Assembly (NCBI RefSeq): GCF_036971445.1
Contig: NC_091473.1
Span: forward strand, 185,194,001 to 185,258,000
Length of the DNA: 64,000 nt
Reading direction: 5' to 3'
Origin: Narcine bancroftii
Lineage: Eukaryota
Made by a program: the position numbers and the translations under genes. Below the pieces are notes generated by a model. It did not search any database. It saw only the letters and a list, made by a program, of their open reading frames with translations, and was not told the DNA's origin. Numbering within the stretch: position 1 is the first letter of the stretch; each line of letters opens with the position of its first letter. Shown here one piece after another: positions 47,573 to 60,300 of the stretch.

Positions 47573-49715
47573 TGATAGGCTCCATCAATGACCATGAAGT
47601 TGAGAGCTGGGGAACGATAGGTTTTAATAAACACGAGACTTTGGCCGGCCCGGATCCAGGTACAGGAATGCCCGGAAGTGGAGAGGGAGGTCGGCCTTTA
47701 TGGCCAGGTCATAAGGAAGGGGAGATGAGTGGGTGGGCCAGCCTCATACATACAACAGCACGCAGGTAGGGAATAATGTATCACTATATTCACCCCTTCT
47801 TTAAAAATAGAACACCCCCCACCCCCCACCGTCTTTGAATCATCTAATTCCTGGAGGTTTATCCGCACTGGCATCTTCCTCCACCTATGGACTGGCGTGG
47901 AGTTTGATTGCTCTGGAGGTGGGTGGGGCCACCGGCTATAATGTTTGGGAGCAGGACTGGGGGGAGGCAAAGGAAAGAAATGTGTGGGGGGGCTGGTGCT
48001 GGTGCCACGATGGGGGCCGGTGCCGCTGGAGTGTTCCGGGAGGTGTGTCCTGGATGCCTTGGTTCCTGGCAATGAATCCCATCCGGGGAGGGGTGATGTG
48101 AAAGGTGGGTGGTCGGGGGTGGATTCGGGTTCTCCAGCCCGTGCCAGATCCTGGACCGGGACTGTGTCCTCCTGGCTGTTGGGATAAGCATGCTGGGGTT
48201 GGCATGTAATGTTGCACCTCTTCGATCAGCAGGTCTGTCTTATGACCCCTTACATGCTTTTGGAGAAGGACTGAGCCCGGAGTTGCCAGACAGGAGGGGG
48301 AGGGTGGTGGTATCGAGGTCCCGTTCACCAACTTTCTCTATTTCCATCACAGAGTGGGTGAGCGGGTGAGGGAGTGGAGCGTCATCTTCGTCGCTGGTGG
48401 AGAGGAGGTCCGATGGACAAGGTGGGAGCCTCTGTGTTGACCACATGGTCGTCGCTGTCGGGGCTGTGGAAGTGATGTCAAGGAGCTGGCAGGATCCATG
48501 AAGACAGCGGAAGTGGAGTCATGGTGCCAGCCAGAAGTTATGTCAGCGTGGAGGACGGTGGCGGCACTGTCCATGTGGAGGGCTGGAGTGACGGTAGGTA
48601 AGATGGCATCTCCCTCATAGCGTACGCGGCCGGTACCGGAAGTGAAGTCGGGATCCCCCCTCCCCGTCGTCGGTCGTGCATGCCTCGTTGGTTGGTCTCG
48701 GCCTTGCGAACCTGCTGATAATGCCCCTTCTCGCTGCAGCCAGAGCAGGTAGTGCCTTTTGTGGTGCAGAGTCATTACAGGTGCTTCATTTGTTCACAGA
48801 AGTGGCACTTCGGGCCCTCAGTTGCCATGTCTGCAGCGGTGGGGTTGGCTGTCCCGGACGCCATCTCTCAAGATGGTGGAGCCCACATGGAGGGCCCGTT
48901 CTTGCCAGTGATTGATTTGACGTGGTGCCGGGCGAGTCAAGTGGCCTCGCCAACTGCATAGCCCGTTTTAATGGTAGCTGGTCCTCTTCAAGCAGACGTT
49001 GCCTGATGTAATCGGACTTCAACCCCGACACACAGGCGTCCCGGACCAAGTCTTTTACACACTGGGCAACCACAGGGGTCATGGAGCTACCCCAATAGTC
49101 TTGTTCCAGCATGAACAGGGCTCGAAGGAACTCTTCTAATGACTCACCGGGCTGCTGTTTCTGGGATGCAAGGAGGTAGCATGAGTGCACCTCCTTGAGC
49201 TTGGGCTTGTAGAGAGCACAGAGTTCCGCCATCGCCTCCACGTAATTATTGCAGCCTCTTATTGCCTGGAAGGCTCTCGGATCGACCCTTGCTTGCAAGA
49301 CTTTCAGCCTTTCAGTTGTCAGAGTCCACCAGGCCGGCAGTGGCCTCTATGAAGTTGTTGAAGCAGCCGATCCACTGTTTGTAGGACTCGGAAGCCCCTG
49401 GTAGTTTGGGGGTCCACTTCTAAGCAATTGGGGCACCGTGGTTTCTCCATTACCGGAGAGACGCTCGTGTTTATTAAATTGACGGGCTCTATCAATGACA
49501 ACGAAGTCGAGAGCCAGGGAATGATAGGCCTTAATAAACACGAGACTTTGGCTGGCCTGGATCCAAGTACAGGAATGCCCGGAAGGGGGGAGGGAGGTCA
49601 ACCTTTATGGCCAGGACATAAGGAGAAAAGACATAGATGAGTGGACGGGCCAGCCTCATACAGACAACAGCACACAGGTAGGGCATAATGTACAAGGAGA
49701 AAACATATCACTACA
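47573..49715 (-). mobile_element. Internally deleted Gypsy (Mag-like) LTR retrotransposon, 2143 bp
   Basis: LTRs at 47573-47788 and 49480-49715, 5-bp TSD TATAT, PPT AAAGAAGGGGTGAA (47789-47802, minus). Gag remnant QQPGESLEEFL...VRDACVSGLKSDYIRQRLLE (48786-49450) and an integrase C-terminal remnant at about 48160-48290. Confidence 0.9.
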
Positions 49716-49878
49716 TATATGTTTTAAATTGGGCAGGGCAATTAATAGTGTATTCCAGGTTTGGGCCATCCTAGGAGTTTGGTTTCATTTGCTTTTCTTG
49801 AACTAATTCCGTGCCTGGGTTGCAATGAACCCCTCTAGGCCCTGGAGTGGGACGGGAGGCTGGCTGCGCAGGGCGCGC

Positions 49879-49947
49879 TGGGAAATGTAGTTTCACGAGT
49901 CTACGCTCGGACTGCGGCTCCCAGGGTGCAAGCTGCCGACTTCCGGT
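49879..49947 (+). promoter_or_regulatory. Housekeeping CpG-rich promoter of DPM3: ZNF143/THAP11 (ACTACAnnTCCCA) motif and ETS/GABPA site
   Basis: TGGGAAATGTAGT (49879-49891) is the reverse complement of ACTACATTTCCCA. ACTTCCGGT at 49939-49947. Local CpG enrichment. Confidence 0.75.
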
Positions 49948-49970
49948 ATCCGGCCACAGAGGAACTTCAG
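49930..49970 (+). other. DPM3: Probable non-coding first exon of DPM3 (start approximate)
   Basis: CAG|GTGAG donor at 49970/49971. A matching acceptor CTTCCTTCCTCCCACGCAG ends at 50499, 11 nt before the GCC-ATG. Confidence 0.65.
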
Positions 49971-49974
49971 GTGA

Positions 49975-50320
49975 GGGAGATACGGAGCAAGAGAGAGAGA
50001 AGATGGAGGGAGGGAGAAGGGTCGGAAGGGAGAGATGGGGAGATGGAGTTGGGAGAAGAGAGGGGAGGGTAGGAAGGAGAGAGGGTGAGAGGGGGGATGG
50101 GAGAGGGAGGAGAGAGGAGGAGGGTGGGAAGGGGGAGGGGGGATGGGAGAGGGAGGGGAGAGGGAGGAGAGAGGGGGAGGGTGGGAAGGGGAGGGGGGAG
50201 GGGGGATGAGAGAGGGGGGTGAGGGAGGAATGGGAGGGAGTGAGGGGTGAGAGAGGGTTAGGGGAAAGGGAGGTGTGAAGGAGGGAAGGAATGAGGAGAA
50301 GGGAGGAGATGGGAAGGGTC
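49975..50320. repeat. Polypurine (G/A) low-complexity tract in the DPM3 intron
   Basis: Almost entirely G/A with many GGG runs. Confidence 0.9.
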
Positions 50321-50510
50321 TCTGAATGACCCATGTGATCTACTCTGGGCCCCTGGGATCAGTGTCATGTTCCGGGATCAGTTCTGCCCCTGGATCAGTG
50401 ACATGTCCCCCGGGATCAGTGCCAGCTCTGTGCCACACCTGTCTGAATGAGTATCAATGGCAGCCCCCCATCTCTGATCTCTTCCTTCCTCCCACGCAGC
50501 GCCCGTTGCC

Positions 50511-50817
50511 ATGACGAAGCTGATGGAGTGGTCACTCGGCCTCGGCCTGCTGGCAGTGGCCTGGTCAGGCCTGGTCTTCAACCCGCTGGGCCTGCGACTG
50601 CCCGAGCCTTGCCCAACAGCTGCTGTGGACCCTGCCAGCCTACCTGGTGGTGGGGCTGGGCTGCTACGCACTGGCTACAGTGGGCTTCCGGGTGGCCACC
50701 TTCAATGACTGCCGGGCAGCTGCCCAAGAGCTGCAGGAGCAGGTGCGGGAGGCAAGGAGGGAGCTTGCTGCACTGGGATTCCGCTTCCCGGAGGCTGCGG
50801 GTGAGACTGAAGGCTAG
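50511..50817 (+). CDS. DPM3: Dolichol-phosphate mannosyltransferase subunit 3 (DPM3), with a +1 frameshift in the C run at 50612-50614
   Basis: MTKLMEWSLGLGLLAVAW...LGLRLPEPC, then after removing one C: QQLLWTLPAYLVVGLGCYALATVGFRVATFNDCRAAAQELQEQVREARRELAALGFRF-PEAAGETEG*. This matches DPM3 motifs (LPAYLLV..GCYAL.TVG.RVATF.DC..AA.ELQ). Confidence 0.93.
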
Positions 50818-50889
50818 CCAGGGTGGTCTGGTGACAGGAGCACTGTCTAGCACCCGGGGGATCTGGCTAGAACGCAGCATTTATCCCAG

Positions 50890-51550
50890 GGGATCAACTA
50901 AGACCTTCCCTCCTCTACCAGGACCTACCGTCCTAAGCCATGACCTCCCTTCTTTAACTGGGACCTTCCCTCCTCAATCGGGACTTCTCAGGGATCAACC
51001 AGAACCTCCCATCATCAACAAGACCTTCCCAACTCTACCAGGACCTTCTGTCATCAACCAAGACCTTCCATTCCTCTACCAGGACCTTTCCTTCCTCAAC
51101 CGGGACCTTCCCTCCTCAACCAGGGCCTCCCATCATCAAACAACACCTTTCTTCCTCTACCAGGACCTTTCCTTCCTCAACCAGGACTTTCCCTCCTCAA
51201 CCGCGACCTCCCGTCATCAACCAAAACCCTCCCTCCTCACCCAGGACCCTCTCTCAAGTGGATCCCTTGCTCCTTGCTCCTCAACCAGGATCTTCTCAAC
51301 CAGGACCCTCCTTCCTCAATTGGTACCTTCCCTTTACTAGGACCTTCCTTCCTCAAATGAGACCCCCTCCTCAACCAAGACCCTCCCCCTCAACTGGGCC
51401 ATTCCTCAATTGGGTCCTTCCCTCAGTTGCTCCCTTCCCTCCACTTGGACCCTCCCTCTTGAACTGAGACCCTTCCTCCTCGACCCTCCTCCATCCAGAT
51501 GACCCCTCCACCACCCTGAGGATCCCTGCCTCCTGAACCTGGACCCTCCC
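50890..51550. repeat. Degenerate ~20-bp minisatellite (GGACCTTCCCTCCTCAACCA)
   Basis: Repeated GGACCTTCC...CTCAACCA units. Confidence 0.85.
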
Positions 51551-52519
51551 TCAAGGGATATGTAGTGATGGGGTTAGTGGGGGGGGGGGAGGAGAAACCA
51601 GAGTTCTTTGGTCATGGTCACCCCCTTCCAACACCCTCACCCTCAGGAATTTGGAGCTCCCTACCCCCTCCCCACAATCAGCGGGACGTGGAGCCGTGGG
51701 AACAGCGGGGGATTTGCTGAGACCTTGCGGGAGGAGCCCCGAATTGTGCCCGGTGGAGTCTAGTCTTCGGGAGAGAGAGAGAGAAAGAGACACCTTGGAC
51801 CACCCTCCCCTCTCATTGGACGAGCACAGAGTCTACCACCACCCCCGGCAAGAGCCTGTGAAGATCGTGGACAGAACAGGGGTACGCATACTCTCAGACA
51901 CATAATGTTGGACACGCGCACGCTCTTGGAGATGGGCACTCTCGGGGCCGTGTTCTCTTTTGCGCAGGCACATACGAGCTCTCTCATCCTCACTTGGTGA
52001 GACAACTCTTGGGTACAGGCACATTCAGAGAGAGAGACACACAATCACTCAGAAACATGCATGGACACTCACACTCGGGGACTCACACCTGGGACTGTAC
52101 TGAGACACACACTCACTCTCAGTCCCTCACTCTGGGACACACACACACTCTCAACCCCTTACTGGGACACACACTCAGTCTTGGAGACACACATCCCCTT
52201 TAAATCCAGCTGCTATCACCCCCCCCCCCCCCCCCGCACAAAACACCTCTTCACAGCTCAGCTATTTTTCACCAACACCTGATGCCTCATTGTTAGTCAC
52301 AGTTATTGTTTGTAGTGGCTTCCATACAAAACACTACACATAACAGAGAGCAGTTTCCAGGCCAGCTGCACACATCTGCCCTCAGGTTCCAGGGGGAGGG
52401 GGGAGAGGAAGTTTTCACTGCCATCTTCAACAATGGAATTCTGACTTCCTGACCTCAGAAGCCAGACTGTTAGCGATAGACATCCTGAACGGAAACGAAC
52501 CCGTGAGAAGCTAAACATG

Positions 52520-53245
52520 TCAATTTGGGAAATAATGTTGAGACACAGATGCGCCTGGATAGAAAAATATCGGCGGCGTTGCCCTGGATCCGCGGAGACC
52601 AGGGAGGGGAGACGCAGAGCTCCCCTGCAGGGTCCTACTGCCCAGTCCTGATGCCGACGGCTTCAAGGATTTGACAATGGTTTATTTTAAAATCCTGTGA
52701 CCTCTGGGTCTGGGCCCAAGATGGCGGCGCCTACATTGGACAGCGGCTGCGAGGGGTTGCAGACTGGGGAAGCGGAGGACCCGTGCAGGGTAGCAGGAAA
52801 TGGAGAGACCAACCCACCGCACCCCATTTGAGAAGGAGAGGTGGAGATGACTCTATGGCGCCAGACCAGCGAGAGGCTCTGCGGCTGAAGGACGCACAGG
52901 CTGGCGGAGACTCGAGGCAGGGAACCCGCGCCGGCGGCCAAGGGACTCGCGTTAGGTTGTGGGGATGGCAGGAGCTCGACTTGAAGGAACCGGGATGCGA
53001 GAGGGAGCTGGAGTCTTCCTGACCGTGTTGGATGTTCAGATCTGGAGGCCAGGTCGCTGATGAACTCTGCGAAGCTGCAGGAGGCGAATCCATGGACACA
53101 TAGTGACTCGGTGGGGGAGGGGTAGGGGTCTCTTGCTTCTCTTTCTGTGACTGGGGGAATTTTTGCTCTATGTTTTAACAGAGACTAAAGGACAATTTGT
53201 GTCATATTGCATTTTCTGTTCGATTACGTAGCAATAAAATAATCG
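52520..53245 (+). mobile_element. Unclassified GC-rich interspersed repeat / retro-element
   Basis: CpG-rich body containing CAAGATGGCGGC and an AT-rich 3' end with CAATAAA. No coding motif recognised. Confidence 0.3.
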
Positions 53246-53264
53246 AATATGGAATTATAGTTCC

Positions 53265-53550
53265 CCGGCTGGGATCTGATCCAGGGGTTCGCGGGGGGGG
53301 GGGGGTTATATATAGAATAACATATCCCTGGGAGTGGTTTACAGGCTGGGTGGGGTCTGATCCAGGGGTTCGGGAGGTTTATATATAGAATAACAAATCC
53401 CCAGGAGTGGGTTACAGGCTGGGATCTGATCCAGGGTTTATATATAGAATAACAAATCCCCAGGAGTGGGATACAGGCTGGGATCTGATCCAGGGTTTAT
53501 ATATAGAATAACAGATCCCTAGGGGTAGGTTACAGGCTGGGATCTGATCG
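53265..53550. repeat. ~59-bp VNTR (GCTGGGATCTGATCCAGGGTTTATATATAGAATAACAAATCCCCAGGAGTGGGTTACAG), 4-5 copies
   Basis: Direct tandem repeats. Confidence 0.9.
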
Positions 53551-54304
53551 GGAACAGAATTCAATCCCAACGAGACTGCGTGTCGAAGCGGGTGGTGCGT
53601 TGAGGAATATGTATATTCCCCACTGCGCATCTACACAACCACACACCTCGCCTGTCTGGAGTTCTTGCCCATCAGGCATGTGATCCCGACGGGACTGCAA
53701 ATCCAGACATTGCAGCTGTTTTGACAAACATTGCAAGGTCGGCAGTCTTGCCCTTGACCCTCATGCCTCATCAGCAGTCTGCTCCCATGTTATGCGGCGA
53801 GTTTATAACGAGTGGTGCCTGCGCTGGCTTGTTTGAAAGATACCAGTTGAATCAGTGTTATGAATCTGTGTGTGTGAGAGAGTCATTGTGTTCTGGAGAA
53901 TGAGTATGTGAGAGAGACAGTGTGTCTTTGTTCTGGAGAGAGTGTGAGAGTATGTGTGTGAGAGTGCGTGTGTCTGTCCTTGAGAATGAGAGTGTGTAAT
54001 AGACAGTGTGTCTGTGTGTGTGAGAGAGTGTCTATTCTGGAGTGAGAGAGTGTGTGTGTGAGAGAGAAAAGATACGTCGGTCTGTGTGTATGATCTCCGT
54101 ACACGGGTCTTTGTGGAGGTGTGTCTGTGTGACCACTGGGTGTATGTGCTGTGTGTCCATGTGTTCTCCTCTCCAAACTTCAGCGTCTGTTTCTCTTGGC
54201 TGGGTCCTGGAGGTCAGCATTTAGGGGGCATCCACAAAGGAGAGAAGGGGGTGCCACCATCTTGAAAAACTACAGTTTGTGTGCTGAAGGGACTGTGGGG
54301 ACTT

Positions 54305-57300
54305 GATACCCAGTGAGGGTCCATTTGTGGGAGCCATCCCCCATTGATGGACAGTGTGTGTAGGACCCATTCCCCAGTGAGAGTCAGTGTTTGGGACCTA
54401 TCCCCCAGAGAAGAACTATGTGCGTGGGATCCATCCCCCAGTGAGGGTCCGTGTGTGGAACTTATCCCCCAGTGAGGGTCAGTGTGTGTTGGTCCCATCC
54501 CCCATGAGGGACAATGTGCGTGGGTCCCATCCCCCATTGAGGGACAATGTGCATGGGACCCATCACCCTGTCAGGGTCACTGAGTGCTGATCACATCCCG
54601 CAGTGAGGATCTGTGTGTGGTACTCATCCCCCAGTGAGGGACAGTGTGTGTGGGACCCATCCCCCAGTGAGGGCGTGTGTGCGTGGGACCCATCCTCCTG
54701 TGAGGATACACGTGTGGGTCTCATCCCCCAGTGAGGGCCAGTGTGTGTGCGACCCATCCCCCAGTGAGGGTCCTTGTGTGGGACCAGTTCTCCAGTGAGG
54801 GTCGGTGTATGTGGATCTGTTCCCTCATTGAGGATGAGTGTGTGAGGGACACGTCCCACATTGAGGGTCAGTGTGTGGGACCTATCCCCCATTGAGGGTG
54901 AGTGTGTGCGACTCATCGTCCAGTGAGGGTCATTGTGTGCTGGTCATATCCCCAAATGAGGGTCCGTGTCTGGGACCCATCCCCCAGAGATGGTCAGAGT
55001 CTGTGGGACCCATCGCCCAGTGAGGGACAGTGTGCATGGGACACATCCCCAAATGAGGGTCAGTGTGTGCTTGACACATCCCCCAATAATGAACTGTGTG
55101 TTGGACCCATACCCCAGTGTGCATGGGACCCATTCCCCTGTGAGGTTCCATGTGTGGGACTCATCTCCCAGTGTAGATCAGTGTCTGCGGGTCACATCCA
55201 CCAGTGAGGGACAGTGTGCGTGGGACCAAACCCCCAGTGAGTGTCCGTGTATGTCACATCCCCCAGTGAGGACAGTGTGTGTGGGACCCATCCACAAGTG
55301 AAGGTTCTTGTGTTGGTCTCGTCCTCCAATGAGTGTCAGTGTGTGCTGGTGACATCAACTAATGAGGGTCCGCATGTGGGACCCATACCCCATGACGGAC
55401 AAAGGGTGTGGGTCCCATCCCCCATTGAGGGATAGTGTGCATGCGACCCATCCCCCAGTGAGCCACTGTGTGCGTGGGACCCATCCATTGTGAGGGTCCA
55501 CGAGTGGGACTCATGCCCCAGTGTGGATCAGTGTGTGTGGGAACCATCCCCAATGAGGGTCCGTGTGTGTGGGACCTATCCCCATGAGGGACAGTGTGCG
55601 TGGGTCCCATCCCCCATTGAGGGACAGTGTGCATGGGACCCATCCCCCAGTGAGGGTCAGTGTGTGCTGCTCACAACCCCCAATGAGGGTCCGTGTGTGG
55701 TACTCATCCCCCAGTGAGGGACAATGTGCGTGAGTCCCATGCCCCATTGAGTACAGTGTGTGTGTGGGAGCCATCCACAACTGAGGATCCTTGTGTTGGT
55801 CTCGTCATCCATTGAGGGTTATTGTGTGCTGGTCACATCCCCCAATGAGGGTCTGATGGTGGGACCCATCCACCAGTGAGAGCCTTTGTGCGTGGGACTC
55901 ATCCCCCTGTGAGGGTCCGATTGTAGGACTTATCCCACAGTGAGGGTCCCTGTGTGTGGGTCCCATCCCCCATTGAGGACAGTGTTTGTGGGATCTATCC
56001 CCAAGTGAGGGTCCTTGTGTTGGTCTCGTCCTCCAGTGAGGGTCAGAGTGTGCTGGTCACATCCCACAATGAGGGTCCATGTGTGGGACGCATACCCGAG
56101 TGAGTGACAATGTGTGTGGGACACATCCCCCAGTGAGGGACAGTGTTTGTGGGACCCTTCCCCCACTGAGGGTCCTTGTGTGTGACCCGTCCTCCAGTGA
56201 GGGTCCATGTGTGGGACACATCCCCCAGTGAGGGTCAGTTAGTGTGGACCTGTTCCCTCATTGAGGATCATTGTGTGACGGACCCGTCCTACAGTGAGGG
56301 TCAGTGTGGGAGACCTATCCCCCAGTGAGGGTGAGTGTGTGTGACTCATCGCCCAGTGAGGGTCATTGTGTGCTGGTCACATCCCCAAATGAGGGTCCGT
56401 GTGTGGGATCCATCCCCAAGTGAGGGTCCTTGTGTTGGTCTCGTCCTCCAGTGAGGGTCAGAGTGTGCTGGTCACGTCCCCCAATGAGGGTCCGTGTGTG
56501 GGACCCATACACCAATGAGGGAATGTGTGTGTGGGACCCATCCATCAGTGAGAGATTGTGTGCGTGGAACTCATCCCCCTGGAGGGTCCGCGTGTGGGAC
56601 TAATCCCCCGATGAGGTTTCGTTTGTGGGACCCATCCCCCAGTGAGGGTCAGTGTGTGGGTCTTATCCCCCAGTGAGGGTAAGTGTGTGGGATTAATAGC
56701 CCAGTGAGGGTCATTGTGTGCTCTTCAAAACCCACAATGAGGGTCAGTGGGTGCTGGTGACATCCCCTAATGAGGGTCCGTGTGTGGGACACATACACCA
56801 TGAGGGACAATGTGTGTGGGTCCCATCACCATTGAGGGTCAGTGTGCATGGGAACCATCCCCCAGTGAGGGACAGTGTGCGTGGAACCCATCGCCCAGTG
56901 AGGGACAGTGTTCCCACTTTGTGGATGCCCCCATTGAAGATCAGTGTGTGTGGGACCTGTCCGCCCATCAGTGTCCATGTGTGGGATGCATCCCCCAGTG
57001 AGGGATAGTGTGCGTGGGGCCCATCCCCCAGTGAGGGTCCGTGTGTGGGACACATCTCCCAGTGAGGAAGTGTGTGTGGGACCTATCCCCCAGTAAGGGT
57101 CAATGTGTGGGGCCTATACACCAGTGAGGGACAGTATGCGTGGGACCCATCTCCCATTGAGGGACAGTGTGTGTGGGACCCATCCCCCAGTGAGGGTCAG
57201 TGTGTGGGACCTATCCCCCAGTGAGGAAGTGTGTGCGTGGGACCCATCCCCCATAGAGGGACAGTATGCATGGGACCCATCCCCCATTGAGGGACAGTGT

Positions 57301-60300
57301 GCGCTGGACCCATCCCACAGTGAGGGTCAGTGTTTGTGGAACCTGTTCCTCCATTGAGGATCAGTGTGTGGGGGACACAACCCCAGTGAGAGTCAGTGTG
57401 TGGGACCTATTCCACAGAGGGAGAGTGTGTGTGGGAACGACCCCCCCCCCACTGAGGGACCGTCTGTTGGACCCATCCCCCATTGAGGGACAGTGTGCCT
57501 GGGACCCATCCCTCAGTGAGGGATAGTGTGCGTGGAACCCATCGCCCAGTGAGGGACAGTGTTTGTGGAACCCGTTCCCCCATTGAGGATCAGTGTGTGT
57601 GGGACCTGTCCGCCCGTCAGTGTCCATGTGTGGGATGCATCCCCCAGTGAGGGATAGTGTGCGTGGGGCCCATCCCCCAGTGAGGTCCATGTGTGGGACT
57701 CATCCCCCAGTAAGGGATAGTGTGTGTGGGACCCATCCCCTAGTGAGGGTCCGTGTGTGGGACACATCTCCCAGTGAGGGACAGTATGTGTGACCTATCC
57801 CCCAGTAAGGGTCAATGTGAGGGACCTATACACCAGTGAGAGACAGTGTGCGTGGGACCTGTCCTCCCATTGAGGGTCCGTGTGTGTGGGACCCGACCCT
57901 CAGTCAGGCTCCGTGTGTGGGATGCAACCTCTAGTGAGCGACAGTGTGCATGGGACCCATCCCCCAATGAGAGTCCATGTGTGGGATCCATATTCCAGTG
58001 AGGGTCAGTATGTGGGACCTATCCCCCAGTGAGGGTCAATGTGTGGGACCTATCACCCAGTGAGGGTCAGTGTGTGGGATTCACCGACCAGTAAGGGTCA
58101 TTGTGTGCTGTTCACATCCCGCAATGAGGGTCAGTGTGTGGGATCCATCCCCCAGTGAGGGACGGTGTGCGTGGGACACATCCCCCAGTGAGGGTCAGTG
58201 TGTGGGACTCATCCCCAATTGAGAGTCAGTTGGTGTGGGACCCATCCCACATGAGGGACAGTGTACATGTGTCCCATACCCCAATGAGGTTCTGCGTGTG
58301 GGACTCATCCCCCTATGTGGGGGTTACATCCCCCAGTGAGGGACAGTTTTGGTGGGACCAAAGCTCCAGTGAGTGTCCGTGTATGTCAGATCCCCCATTG
58401 AGGACAGGGTGTGTCGGACCCATCCCGCTGGAGGGTCTGCATGTGGGACACATACCCATGTGAGGTCCTTGTTTTGGTCTTGTCCTCCAGTGAGGGTCAG
58501 TGTGTGCTGGTCACATCCCCTAATGAATGTCCGTGTGTGGGATCCATACCCCATTAGAAACAATGTGCGTTTGTCCCATCCCCCATTGAGGGACGGTGTG
58601 CATGGGACCCATCCCCCAGTGAGGGTCAGTGTGTGCTGGTCACATCCCCCAATGAGGTTTCGTTAGTGGGACCCATCCCCCAGTGTGGATCACTGTGTGC
58701 AGGTTACATCCCCCAGTGAGGGACAATTTTGGTGGGACCAAACCCCCAGTGAATGTCTGTGTGTGTCACATACCCCAGTGAGGTCAGTATGTGTGGGACC
58801 CATCCCCAAGTGAGGGTCTTTGTGTTGATCTCGTCCTCCAGTGAGGGACCGTGTGTGGGACCTATCCCCCCCACTGAGGGTCAGTATGTGTGGAACATAT
58901 CGCCCAGTGGGTGTCCGTTTGTGGGACACATCTCCCATTGAGGATCCGTGTGTGCTGGTCACATCCCCCAATGAAGTTTCGTTTGTGGGACCCATCCCCC
59001 AGTGAGGGACAGTGTGTGTGGGACGTATTCCCCAGTGAGGGTCCGTGTGTGGAACTTATCCCCCATTGAGGGTCAGTGTGTGTTGGTCCCATCCCCCAGT
59101 GAGGGCCAGTGTGTGTTGGACCCATACCCCAGTGTGCATGGGACCCATTCCCCTGTGAGGTTCCATGTGTGGGACTCATCTCCCAGTGTAGATCAGTGTC
59201 TGCGGGTCACATCCACCAGTGAGGGACAGTGTGCGTGGGACCAAACCCCCAGTGAGTGTCCGTGTATGTCACATCCCCCAGTGAGGACAGTGTGTGTGGG
59301 ACCCATCCACAAGTGAAGGTTCTTGTGTTGGTCTCGTCCTCCAATGAGTGTCAGTGTGTGCTGGTGACATCAACTAATGAGGGTCCGCGTGTGGGACCCA
59401 TACCCCATGACGGACAGTGTGCATGGGACCCATCCCCCAGTGAGGGTCAGTGTGTGCTGCTCACAACCCCCAATGAGGGTCCGTGTGTGGTACTCATCCC
59501 CCAGTGAGGGACAATGTGCGTGGGTCCCATGCCCCATTGAGTACAGTGTGTGTGTGTGGGAGCCATCCCCAACTGAGGGTCCTTGTGTTGGTCTCGTCAT
59601 CCATTGAGGGTTATTGTGTGCTGGTCACATCCCCCAATGAGGGTCTGTTGGTGGGACCCATCCACCAGTGAGAGCCTTTGTGCGTGGGACTCATCCCCCT
59701 GTGAGGGTCCGCGTGTGGGACTTATCCCCCAGTGAGGGTCCCTGTGTGTGGGTCCCATCCCCCATTGATGGACAGTGTGCGTGGGTCCCATCCCCCATTG
59801 AGGACAGTGTTTGTGGGATCCATCCCCAAGTGAGGGTCCTTGTGTTGGTCTCGTCCTCCAGTGAGGGTCAGAGTGTGCTGGTCACATCACACAATGAGGG
59901 TTCATGTGTGGGACGCATCCCCGAGTGAGTGACAATGTGTGTGGGACACATCCCCCAGTGAGGGACAGTGTTTGTGGGACCCTTCCCCCACTGAAGGTCC
60001 TTGTGTGTGACCCGTCCTCCAGTGAGGGTGCATGTGTGGGACACATCCCCCAGTGAGGGTCAGTTAGTGTGGACCTGTTCCCTCATTGAGGATCATTGTG
60101 TGACGGACTCGTCCTACAGTGAGGGTCAGTGTGTGGGACCTATCCCCCAGTGAGGGTGAGTGTGTGTGACTCATCGCCCAGTGAGGGTCATTGTGTGCTG
60201 GTCACATCCCCAAATGAGGGTCCGTGTGTGAGACCCATCCCCAAGTGAGGGTCCTTGTGTTGGTCTCGTCCTCCAGTGAGGGTCAGAGTGTGCTGGTCAC

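Noticed and set aside
50447-51340. 297-aa ORF overlapping DPM3
   Set aside because: Alternative frame of GC-rich DPM3 running into the 20-bp minisatellite; no recognisable domain.
54042-54224. VCVTT peptide reminiscent of KRTCAP2, a DPM3 neighbour in mammals
   Set aside because: Lies in a (GT)-rich low-complexity tract and the flanking residues do not match.
54222-56933. 16-bp inverted match (GGGGGCATCCACAAAG at about 54224; CTTTGTGGATGCCCCC at about 56917)
   Set aside because: Single short match that resembles the satellite monomer; no TSD or other evidence of a TIR element.
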